The notes: generated by a model from the letters alone, not told the origin. 32,000 bases of DNA from Erysipelothrix larvae (GCF_001545095.1 NZ_CP013213.1:120001-152000); one strand, 5' to 3'; counted from the stretch's first letter, positions 18,790 to 26,737 are shown. Numbers and translations are program-made.

Positions 18790-19602
18790 CTACCAAATAG
18801 GAAGTGTACTCCCGTTTGTTTCAGTTTCAATAATTTCTTTAACAGGATCTGACAAGTACAGTTCAACAAGACGTTGTATGTATTGATTGTCTTTCTCTTC
18901 AGAACGAACGGCAATGACGTTTATAAAGGGATTGTCTGATTCTAAGTCCACAACTTCTTGAAATATTGAATCATTCAAGCGTATCCCCGCATCAAAGGCA
19001 ACATTTCCATTGATTGCGGCAAGGTCGACTTCAGCTAAGAAAGGAGGGATGCTATTTGCGAGTGATTCGATGATTTCTAAATTTTTGGGATTCGAAGTAA
19101 TATCTTTCAAACTTGGAATTTCGGTTTCAGATGTTGAAAGTTCAATAAGACCAGCTGATGCAAGTAAATTTAAAGCACGTCCTTGATTTGAGGTGTCATC
19201 TGGAAGCACAATGCGCGCACCCTCTTGAAGTTCAGAGAGATCGGTTATCTTGTTTGAATAAAGTCCCATTGGTGCAAGAACTGTCTTTGCGATCGGTGTA
19301 AGGTCATAATTATTTGCCTTGATTTCAGTATTAAGATAAAGAATATGTTGGAAACAATTCAAGTCTACATCTCCATTATTGAGTGCAGCGTTGGGAATGG
19401 TATAGTCATCAAACTCAACAATATCTAACGTTATACCTTCTTTTTCTGCTTCTTGACGCACATATTTCCATGCCAGTAACTGATAACCATCAACAATACC
19501 AACTTTGAATGATGTACGATTTGGGTCTGTTTCTCGAGATGATTGAGAACACCCAGTCAAAACCAATAAACTCGTTAAACATAATACAAGTAATTTCTTC
19601 AT
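18790..19602 (-). CDS. MetQ/NlpA-family substrate-binding lipoprotein, paralog 1 (distal)
   Basis: Lipobox LVLTGC. It has DYTIPNAALNNGDVDLNCFQH, DDTSNQGRALNLLASAGLIEL, NVIAVRSEEKDN and a C-terminal LPIW, collinear with E. coli MetQ as I recall it. SD AAGGAGG. Confidence 0.85.
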   Translation of the reverse strand: MKKLLVLCLTSLLVLTGCSQSSRETDPNRTSFKVGIVDGYQLLAWKYVRQEAEKEGITLDIVEFDDYTIPNAALNNGDVDLNCFQHILYLNTEIKANNYDLTPIAKTVLAPMGLYSNKITDLSELQEGARIVLPDDTSNQGRALNLLASAGLIELSTSETEIPSLKDITSNPKNLEIIESLANSIPPFLAEVDLAAINGNVAFDAGIRLNDSIFQEVVDLESDNPFINVIAVRSEEKDNQYIQRLVELYLSDPVKEIIETETNGSTLPIW

Positions 19603-19927
19603 ATACGCCTCCTTTTTGAACTATTTAGTGTAAATAAAAGCTCGTTTTCCATAAGGGCAAACGAGCGATTGTGTAATTGCCTTAAATTGTATATCTTTTG
19701 CACTATACGTTGTTGAGCTCAATTAACTCGCGCGCTGTAATGGGCTACCCCAGGAACATCTAACAGTGACGAAAATGTGTTAATACATAGTGGGTTAGGT
19801 CTATTTGTAACACACTTAGACCTGAAACCAAAATGCATCCATTCACGATTAGTGTTCTGTTGTGTGGTCGTATCGTTAACCACACCTAAGATTGAATTGA
19901 ATTTTTAGTATTCTTCAACGATACATC
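19603..19927 (-). promoter_or_regulatory. Diverged T-box-type leader with an intact terminator but a degenerate T-box motif
   Basis: The 3' half aligns by eye with the two leaders upstream. The terminator GCTCGTTT/AAACGAGC plus T-run lies at 19632-19666. The T-box position reads AAGGCAAUUACAC instead of AAGGUGGUAAC. The leader starts directly after the stop of paralog 2, and I found no promoter. Confidence 0.5.
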
Positions 19928-20740
19928 TTACCATACAGGTAATGTTGCACCATTTGTTTCAGTTTCAATGATTTCTTTGACTGCATCAGATCTAAAGAGT
20001 TCAACAAGACGTAAGATATTTGCGTTTTCCTTATCTTCAGTTCGTACCGCAATAACATTAATAAATGGGTTTTCTGATTCTAAATCAACCGCTTCTGTAA
20101 ATAATGCATTGCTTAATACGAGACCTGCATCATTTGCGATTGATCCATTGATTACAGCTAGGTCAACTTCTGATAAGTATGGTGGGATACTGTTTGCTAG
20201 TGATTCAATGAACTCGAGGTTCTTAGGATTTGAAGTAATCTCTTTTAAACTTGGAATTTCAGTTTCTGAAGTTGAAAGTTCAATGAGTCCGGCTTTCGCA
20301 AGAAGATTTAATGCACGCCCTTGGTTTGATGTATCATCTGGGATTACGACACGCGCACCATCTTGAAGATCGTCAAGTGAATCAAGCTTGTTTGAGTAGA
20401 TAGCCATCGGTTCAATGATTGTCTTTGCAATAGATGTAATGTCATAGTTGTTTGCTTCGATTTCTGTATTTAGATAAAGAATGTGTTGGAAACTATTTAA
20501 ATCAATATCACCACTATTTAATGCATTGTTTGGAATGGTATAATCACTAAACTCAACAATCTCAAGGGTAATGCCTTCTTTTTCAGCTTCTTGTGCAACA
20601 TGTTTCCATGCTAAGAGTTGATATCCATCGGTAATCCCCACTTTAAAGGATGTACGATCTGGATCGCTACTTGTGGATGATTGACCACACCCAACTAAAA
20701 CAAATAATACTAACAAACTAGAAATTAATAACTTTTTCAT
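19928..20740 (-). CDS. MetQ/NlpA-family substrate-binding lipoprotein, paralog 2
   Basis: Lipobox LVGCGQ and the same family motifs as paralog 1. SD GAAGGAGG precedes ATG 20740; the track ORF extends 7 codons further without an SD. Confidence 0.88.
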   Translation of the reverse strand: MKKLLISSLLVLFVLVGCGQSSTSSDPDRTSFKVGITDGYQLLAWKHVAQEAEKEGITLEIVEFSDYTIPNNALNSGDIDLNSFQHILYLNTEIEANNYDITSIAKTIIEPMAIYSNKLDSLDDLQDGARVVIPDDTSNQGRALNLLAKAGLIELSTSETEIPSLKEITSNPKNLEFIESLANSIPPYLSEVDLAVINGSIANDAGLVLSNALFTEAVDLESENPFINVIAVRTEDKENANILRLVELFRSDAVKEIIETETNGATLPVW

Positions 20741-20770
20741 ATGTGCCTCCTTCTTAAGCATCTTAGAGAA

Positions 20771-21042
20771 ATAAAAAACCCGCCATCCATAAGGATGAGC
20801 GGGCTCATGTTACCACCTTAATTTGCATATATCTCACGATATATACCTTATCGAGTTCTATCAAACTCTATCGCTATAATGGGCGATCCCAGTGAAATCT
20901 AAATCAGTAAACCAATCTCGATATCACAAGCTCCAAGTCCATGTTCATATGTTTCCCAAGGTTCTTCTTTCACCATCTGAAGACTCTCTAGTGCAATGCG
21001 TCCCATACTACTCTTCTCTTCAACGCTAAATATTTGTTGTAT
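20771..21042 (-). promoter_or_regulatory. T-box leader (tRNA-sensing transcription attenuator) of metQ paralog 2
   Basis: On the minus strand the 5' end reads GUUGAAGAGAAGAGUAGUA (GA/AGUA elements), followed by an AGAGAG bulge and a GGUGAAA distal loop. The T-box AAAUUAAGGUGGUAACAUGAGCCC (20801-20823) overlaps the terminator CCCGCUCAUCC-uuau-GGAUGGCGGG-U6. Confidence 0.8.
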
Positions 21043-21048
21043 GAGAGC

Positions 21049-21078
21049 ATTATAGTCAATAAGCAGTTACAATGTCAA
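21049..21078 (-). promoter_or_regulatory. SigA promoter of T-box/metQ paralog 2
   Basis: On the minus strand: TTGACA (21073-21078), an 18-nt spacer, then TATAAT (21049-21054). Confidence 0.55.
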
Positions 21079-21226
21079 GTGAAAACACAAAATATTTTCA
21101 TGAAAAATTTTCAAAGAGTGATTTAGTGTTGAATCACGCGATCAAATTCACGGTTTATTCAAAAGAATCCAAGGGTGATATAGGTGTCTCATGGATATGG
21201 ATTTTAGGTGTAATACTGAAGCAATG

Positions 21227-22039
21227 TTACCAAAGCGGCACGGTTGCACCTTTTGTTTCTGTTTCGATAATTTCCTTAACCGCATCTGATCTAAACAGCT
21301 CTGCAAGTCGTAAAATGCCCGGATTATCTTTGTCTTCAGTTCGTACCGCAATGACATTAATAAAAGGGTTTTCCGATTCTACATCAACCGCTTCTTTAAA
21401 TAAGGCATCACTTAATGAAAGTCCAGCATCATTCGCAACAGATCCATTGATGACACCAAGATCTACTTCAGAAAGAAAGGAAGGAATGCTATTAGGGAGC
21501 GTTTCAATAAACTCAAGATTCTTAGGATTTGAAGTAATTTCTTTTAAACTGGGAATCTCAGTTTCAGAAGTTGAAAGTTCAATGAGTCCGGCTTTCGCAA
21601 GAAGGTTTAATGCACGTCCTTGGTTTGAAACATCATCACCTAAAACTACCGTTCCACCATCTTCAAGCTCGTCCAAAGTGTTAATCTTATTGGAGTATAA
21701 TGCCATCGGTTCAATGATTGTTTTTGCGATGTAGGTTAGGTCATAGTTATTGTCGCTTGATTCAGTGTCCAAATAGATAATTGTTTGGAAACTGTTTAAA
21801 TCAATATCACCACTATTTAATGCATTGTTTGGAATGGTATAATCACTAAACTCAACAATCTCAAGGGTAATGCCTTCCTTTTCAGCTTCTTGTGCAACAT
21901 GTTTCCATGCTAAGCGTTGATATCCATCGGTAATCCCCACTTTAAAGGATGTACGATCTGGATCGCTACTTGTGGATGCTTGACCACACCCGACTAATAC
22001 AAGTAAAACTAACAAACTAGAAATGAATAACTTTTTCAT
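21227..22039 (-). CDS. MetQ/NlpA-family substrate-binding lipoprotein, paralog 3 (proximal)
   Basis: Lipobox LVGCGQ and the family motifs as above. SD AAGGAGG precedes ATG 22039; the track ORF runs further upstream into the T-box terminator. Confidence 0.88.
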   Translation of the reverse strand: MKKLFISSLLVLLVLVGCGQASTSSDPDRTSFKVGITDGYQRLAWKHVAQEAEKEGITLEIVEFSDYTIPNNALNSGDIDLNSFQTIIYLDTESSDNNYDLTYIAKTIIEPMALYSNKINTLDELEDGGTVVLGDDVSNQGRALNLLAKAGLIELSTSETEIPSLKEITSNPKNLEFIETLPNSIPSFLSEVDLGVINGSVANDAGLSLSDALFKEAVDVESENPFINVIAVRTEDKDNPGILRLAELFRSDAVKEIIETETKGATVPLW

Positions 22040-22065
22040 ATATGCCTCCTTTTTGTAGTGTTGAA

Positions 22066-22341
22066 GAAAAGAAAAACCCGTCATCCATAAGGATGAGCGG
22101 GCTCATGTTACCACCTTAATTTGCATATATCTCACGATATATACCTTATCGAGTTCTATCAAACTCTATCGCTATAATGGGCGATCCCAGTGAAATCTAA
22201 ATCAGTAACCCAATCTCGATATCACAAGCTCCAAGTCCATGTTCATATGTTTCGCAAGGTTCTTCTTTCACCATCTGAAGACTCTCTAGTGCAATGCGTC
22301 CCATACTACTCTTCTTTTCAACGCTATATATGTGTTTGTAT
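22066..22341 (-). promoter_or_regulatory. T-box leader of metQ paralog 3
   Basis: Near-identical copy of 20771-21042, with the T-box motif at 22099-22121 and the terminator plus T-run at 22072-22101. Confidence 0.8.
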
Positions 22342-22347
22342 GCGAGC

Positions 22348-22377
22348 ATTATAGACAAGAATTATAAGCAGTGTCAA
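22348..22377 (-). promoter_or_regulatory. SigA promoter of T-box/metQ paralog 3
   Basis: On the minus strand: TTGACA (22372-22377), an 18-nt spacer, then TATAAT (22348-22353). Confidence 0.55.
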
Positions 22378-22431
22378 GCAAATGACTCCTTTACAAATTA
22401 TCGATATAGATATCAGTTATGATTAACGTTC

Positions 22432-23187
22432 CTATTTACTTAGAGTTCGCTTGTTTTTATTGAGTGTTATAAAATATAAAATTGCGGAGAGGGCACCCAT
22501 GAAGATAAAGGATTGAATCATTGGAGCGAAGTTTGAAGTGCTGTTATTCCATATCTCTGGAATGACTGATGCAACATGAGTCGTTGGCAGGAGGTTTGAT
22601 GCATAACGCAGTCCTTGGGGAAGATTTTCAGGTTGAATACCCATCATGCCAGAAAGGATCATGATACCGAAGTATGTTACCATGGTAATGCCATACGTAA
22701 CACTGAATTTTCGTGTTAAAGTTGCAATTGAATAAGCAATGATAAAACTGAAAACAGAGAATAAGATCAAGGAAATAACGAACGTTAAGAATGAAACCAT
22801 CGAAGGCATTGGAATCTTTAAAATAGGAACAAGGATTACGCTATAGAGAATAATCGTTGTCAGAAGTGTGAGTGCTTGTGCAGCCATTTTAGCGAGAAGT
22901 TGCTTGGATGTTGTGATGCCAAAAAGGGTAAGTCGTTGGGTAACTCCTTTTTCAATTTCCTGGGAAAACAGTGCAGCAAATCCAATGAATACCAGGGCTA
23001 AAGGAATGATCAGCATGTTAGTCACAAAAAGCTTTAACGTGAAACCACTTAATGCGGATGCAGGAATTTCTTCTTTGTAAATTAAGTAAAAGAGGAGTGT
23101 CATGAAAATTGGAAAGAAAACTCCAAAGATTATTGCAAAGATATTTGTAAGGATATTTTTGATTTCGTAGGTAATTAGACGTTTCAT
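22432..23187 (-). CDS. ABC-2-type transporter permease
   Basis: 251 aa with six hydrophobic segments. Its start overlaps the ATPase stop as ATGA. Confidence 0.8.
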   Translation of the reverse strand: MKRLITYEIKNILTNIFAIIFGVFFPIFMTLLFYLIYKEEIPASALSGFTLKLFVTNMLIIPLALVFIGFAALFSQEIEKGVTQRLTLFGITTSKQLLAKMAAQALTLLTTIILYSVILVPILKIPMPSMVSFLTFVISLILFSVFSFIIAYSIATLTRKFSVTYGITMVTYFGIMILSGMMGIQPENLPQGLRYASNLLPTTHVASVIPEIWNNSTSNFAPMIQSFIFMGALSAILYFITLNKNKRTLSK

Positions 23188-24035
23188 TGTACTTGTCCTC
23201 CGATTGCATTCATTGTTAATATTTCAACATCGTTATCGCTTCGTTTGAAGCTAATTCCTAAATCAATCAGGCGATTTATAACATATCGCTCATCTTCTTT
23301 GTTTGCGCAAGACAAGGCAGTCATGTTATCAGGTGCAAGTAGTTGTTTAACATCCCATGATAAATCATGATGATCGCGGAAGGTTATGATTGAATGCCCA
23401 CAATACTTTTTAAATAAGTCATCACGATACCCCATATCAACAAGGTGCCCTTTATCAAGAATCATCAACTTATTGGTGAGTTGTTCAAGTTCTTCGTAAT
23501 AATGGGTTACAAAGAGTATTGAAGCATCTTTGCCTTTGTACCAGTCATTAATCAAACGCATCAATAACTGACGGGTTTCAAAGTCCAATCCAGTTGTGAC
23601 TTCATCAAAAAATGTAATTTTAGAATCTTGCATGAGGACTAATATTAACGTGAGCCGTTGTTTTTGTCCCCCGGAAAGTTCTTTGAACCGTTTTTTAAGG
23701 CTTGGTTCAAATTCAAAGGTATGTACAATGTCTTGAAGTTTGGTGTTTTGTGAATAGGAAGTATTCAAAATAGTCTCGAGCAGTGTTTTACATGAAATTG
23801 ATTCTACATATTCATTCGACTGCATATGAACTGCCATTTCTTCAGGATTTAAGACACTGGTGATGGAACCTTGATAATCAATCATCCCTAAGCAGGCTTT
23901 GATTAAGGTAGTTTTACCAGCACCATTTGCGCCAATAACACCAATACGATCGTTAGGATTAATGGTTAGGGTATCCTTTATCTCAAGTGCTTTAAAGTCT
24001 TTGTAGTAAACGGATAGATTTTCAATTGTTATCAT
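23184..24035 (-). CDS. ABC transporter ATP-binding protein (exporter type, with a C-terminal extension)
   Basis: Walker A GANGAGKTT, signature LSGGQKQR, Walker B ITFFDEVTTGLD and H-loop VTHY. It overlaps the kinase gene by 14 nt. Confidence 0.92.
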   Translation of the reverse strand: MITIENLSVYYKDFKALEIKDTLTINPNDRIGVIGANGAGKTTLIKACLGMIDYQGSITSVLNPEEMAVHMQSNEYVESISCKTLLETILNTSYSQNTKLQDIVHTFEFEPSLKKRFKELSGGQKQRLTLILVLMQDSKITFFDEVTTGLDFETRQLLMRLINDWYKGKDASILFVTHYYEELEQLTNKLMILDKGHLVDMGYRDDLFKKYCGHSIITFRDHHDLSWDVKQLLAPDNMTALSCANKEDERYVINRLIDLGISFKRSDNDVEILTMNAIGGQVQ

Positions 24036-25602
24036 AGTGTTCTCCTAGTTTTAGTTTTACTGCTACCCCTTTTTCTGTATTTTCGATGGTCCAAGGGATA
24101 TTTAGATAGGTTAAGAATGTGTCTACCAAATACAAACCAAGTCCAGTTCCAGATTCTTTTTCAGTATGAGATCGAACAAAAGGATCGGATATATTCGGAA
24201 GGATTGCTTCATCAATGAAGGTGCCTTCACTGACGATGGTTAGATAGGTGGATGAATAGGTGATGGATACAGAGGCGTTTGTGGCCGTGTATTTAATTGC
24301 GTTTGAGAGAATATTTTCAAGAGAGGGAATAAAATATTGCGGGTCAGTTACAATGTTTCCATTAGGCACATCAATGTGAATCAGTAGGTTTTTATCCATA
24401 ATCTTTGGATGATAAAAAGTGATGATAGAATCAATACTTTCTTTCAGATTGATTGTTTGAAGTGAATTGTCAGACGTCTGAGGCGCAATATTTAAAGAGG
24501 CATGAATGAGTTCATTCATCTTCTTTAACTCAAGCATAACTCTTGGTAATGTAACGTGAGGGTCTTGATACTGACCGACACCATCGAGGTATCCTTGGAT
24601 TAATAATGACGCACTGGATAAGGGTGTTTTGAGTTGATGCGTAGCATTTGTAATAAAGAGCTCCTGCTTTGATTTTGCCTGTTTAAGTTCCTTGTTCTGA
24701 ACGCTTAAAACATGCATCGATTGCTTTAAGTCAGCGCTCAAACGGTTGAGTGCGGTTTCTAATATTTCAAATTCATCTCCACGATTGGGTTGGGAAAATT
24801 GATCGGTCTTTTCTGTGTCAAAGTGCTTAACTTGATGTGCTAACACTTCAACGGGTTTTGCGAGATATTTTGACAACACCGTTGAACTTAAAATCGCAAT
24901 CACAATCAACAAACTGGCAATCATTGGAACGCTATTTAAAACAATCGGAGTGAGTTCAGAAAGGTCGGGTGTTGCAGCAGAGGACACACTGAAATAAAGG
25001 AAGTTATCGTCGTGCGAGAATGCCATATATCCACTATAAGTTCCGCCATTTGATTTTATACGACTGCCAAACAAAATAATGTCATCACTTGTGATGAGTT
25101 GTGACGTATGGGCACCTTCATCAACTGTGAAGTCGTTTGTCTCTACATGGTGAATATTTACGAGTTGTGTCAAACCGCTGTCTTGAAAATATTGTCTAAA
25201 TATCGAGAAATCAAAGTCTGTAAAGAGATCATCGATATTGATGTCACTGTTATCTTCAACATGATGTGTTCGGTCAACGAAGGCATCAATCATGTCTTTC
25301 AATGTTGCATCATTCACTTCAAGTTGTGCATATAATGATGGTGAAAAAACGCTCACATCGTACCCACTTAACGGAATTCTTAGTGTAACAGCCTGCAGGT
25401 TTCCTAAATTTGGTGGTGAATTGATTGAGAAATCATTGCGTGTCACACTTCTGTGGAATGTTTCAGTTGATCTGAGGTACTCTTGTTCTTTTGCTTCAGT
25501 GTATAATCCAGGGAGTAATAACACGAAATAAGAGATCGACACAATGCCTACCAAAAATGTAGCGCCAATCAACGTGATAAATATGCGTCTAGAAATTTTC
25601 AT
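24022..25602 (-). CDS. Sensor histidine kinase with a large extracytoplasmic domain
   Basis: TM1 lies at about residues 7-30, followed by an extracellular domain of roughly 190 aa, TM2 and a HAMP-like linker. The H-box is ATHQLKTPLS, the N box NAIKYT and the G box GTGLGLYLV. Confidence 0.9.
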   Translation of the reverse strand: MKISRRIFITLIGATFLVGIVSISYFVLLLPGLYTEAKEQEYLRSTETFHRSVTRNDFSINSPPNLGNLQAVTLRIPLSGYDVSVFSPSLYAQLEVNDATLKDMIDAFVDRTHHVEDNSDINIDDLFTDFDFSIFRQYFQDSGLTQLVNIHHVETNDFTVDEGAHTSQLITSDDIILFGSRIKSNGGTYSGYMAFSHDDNFLYFSVSSAATPDLSELTPIVLNSVPMIASLLIVIAILSSTVLSKYLAKPVEVLAHQVKHFDTEKTDQFSQPNRGDEFEILETALNRLSADLKQSMHVLSVQNKELKQAKSKQELFITNATHQLKTPLSSASLLIQGYLDGVGQYQDPHVTLPRVMLELKKMNELIHASLNIAPQTSDNSLQTINLKESIDSIITFYHPKIMDKNLLIHIDVPNGNIVTDPQYFIPSLENILSNAIKYTATNASVSITYSSTYLTIVSEGTFIDEAILPNISDPFVRSHTEKESGTGLGLYLVDTFLTYLNIPWTIENTEKGVAVKLKLGEHYDNN

Positions 25603-26255
25603 AACGCGGGTCCTTTAAACTGATAACCTAATCCGACCACTGTTTTTATGCACGATAAGGGCAGTTTCTTTCTTAGATTTTTGATATGTGCGTCAATAAC
25701 ACGATCACTCACCATAAAATCATCCGGAGCAATCACGTTCAGTAGTTGTTCGCGCGAGAAGACTTGTGTTGGGCTTGTGTATAAAACGTCAAATATGAGA
25801 AACTCTGTTACGGTTAGGTTTAATGATTGATGATTATAGAACACTTGATATCCTTCTTTTGACACTGTTAACGATGCATCAAACGGATGTGATTTTGATC
25901 GTCTTAAAACAGCTTCGATGCGTTTTAATAACAACAAGGGTGAAAAGGGTTTGATGATGTAATCATCTGCGAAATTGTTGAATGCTTCTAATTGACTTTT
26001 TTCATCATCCAAAGCACTCAACATGATGACTGCACAATCCTTTTGAAGTGTAGATAACGATTTCAAGACATCAAAACCCGATACAACGGGTACGAGAATG
26101 TCTAAGATAGCACATGAATATTGGGTTGTGTTGATGCAATCAAGTGCCTCTTGTCCATCACAGCAGACATCAACATCATAGTGTTTCATTAAGAGATATT
26201 CGAGTGTGACTTCACGAATAATTGGATCATCTTCTAAATACAATATTTTTGTCAT
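25599..26255 (-). CDS. OmpR/PhoB-family response regulator
   Basis: The receiver domain has LYLEDD, AILDILVP and IIKPF. The C-terminal winged helix reads ...VIDAHIKNLRKKL...VVGLGYQF. SD GGGAGG precedes ATG 26255; the upstream 55 codons of the track ORF have no SD. The stop overlaps the kinase start as ATGA. Confidence 0.9.
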   Translation of the reverse strand: MTKILYLEDDPIIREVTLEYLLMKHYDVDVCCDGQEALDCINTTQYSCAILDILVPVVSGFDVLKSLSTLQKDCAVIMLSALDDEKSQLEAFNNFADDYIIKPFSPLLLLKRIEAVLRRSKSHPFDASLTVSKEGYQVFYNHQSLNLTVTEFLIFDVLYTSPTQVFSREQLLNVIAPDDFMVSDRVIDAHIKNLRKKLPLSCIKTVVGLGYQFKGPAL

Positions 26256-26291
26256 AAGGACCTCCCGTACTGATACTGTAAAATAATTGTG

Positions 26292-26324
26292 TGAATTTAT
26301 TATGAATTTATTATGAATTGTATG
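26292..26324. repeat. 11-bp tandem direct repeat (about 3 units), candidate response-regulator binding site
   Basis: TGAATTTATTA TGAATTTATTA TGAATTGTATG lies in the divergent intergenic region, 37-69 nt upstream of the response regulator start codon. Confidence 0.45.
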
Positions 26325-26347
26325 ATGTTTAAAGTAAAGGTTAGGTG

Positions 26348-26376
26348 TTGCGATAAGTAAATGATTTCGATATAAT
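26348..26376 (+). promoter_or_regulatory. SigA promoter of phnA/yjdM
   Basis: TTGCGA (26348-26353), a 17-nt spacer, then TATAAT (26371-26376). Confidence 0.5.
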
Positions 26377-26398
26377 CTTTGTGAAAGCGAGGGATAGT

Positions 26399-26737
26399 AT
26401 GGAATATCCAAGTTGTCCAAATTGTAATGGAACCTATACCTATGAAGACGGAACCCTTTTTATTTGTCCAGAATGTGGCCATGAATGGAGTCAGCATGAA
26501 ATGGATCTTGAAAAGGAAGCAAATGCTGTAAAAGATGCCTACGGTAATGTGCTCCAAGATGGTGATAATGCAATTATGATAAAAGATGTGAAAATAAAAG
26601 GAAGTTCAGATAGTATTAAACAAGGAACAAAGGTATCAAACATACGTTTAGAAGTAAACGGTGATCACAACATAACTGCTCGTGTTGATGGGTATGGTGT
26701 GATGGACTTGAAATCAGAGCTTGTGAAGAAAGCATAG
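26399..26737 (+). CDS. yjdM: PhnA/YjdM-family zinc-ribbon protein
   Basis: The N-terminus is CPNC...CPEC, followed by the C-terminal PhnA domain ...IKDVKIKGSSDSIKQGTKVSNIRLEVNGDHNITARVDGYGVMDLKSELVKKA. Confidence 0.88.
   Translation: MEYPSCPNCNGTYTYEDGTLFICPECGHEWSQHEMDLEKEANAVKDAYGNVLQDGDNAIMIKDVKIKGSSDSIKQGTKVSNIRLEVNGDHNITARVDGYGVMDLKSELVKKA

Noticed and set aside
21072-21734. 220-aa + strand ORF, and the analogous 132-aa ORF at 19968-20366, lying antisense to the metQ paralogs.
   Set aside because: They lie entirely within well-supported minus-strand MetQ genes and have no SD. Their Ser/Thr/Ala-rich low-complexity translations are typical of antisense shadow frames. The start of the first coincides with the -35 box of the minus-strand promoter.
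19603-22341. SAM (S-box) riboswitches upstream of the metQ genes, as expected for methionine genes in Bacillales and Clostridia.
   Set aside because: The leaders carry the T-box motif AAUUAAGGUGGUAAC overlapping a terminator, plus GA/AGUA and AGAGAG stem I elements. I saw no S-box four-way-junction consensus.
26256-26420. N-terminal 55-codon extension of the response regulator ORF, and likewise the upstream extensions of the ORFs at 30043, 22084, 20761, 27563, 6355, 7205 and 4905.
   Set aside because: In each case an internal ATG is preceded by a good Shine-Dalgarno sequence and begins the conserved family N-terminus. The extensions overlap promoters, leaders or neighbouring genes.
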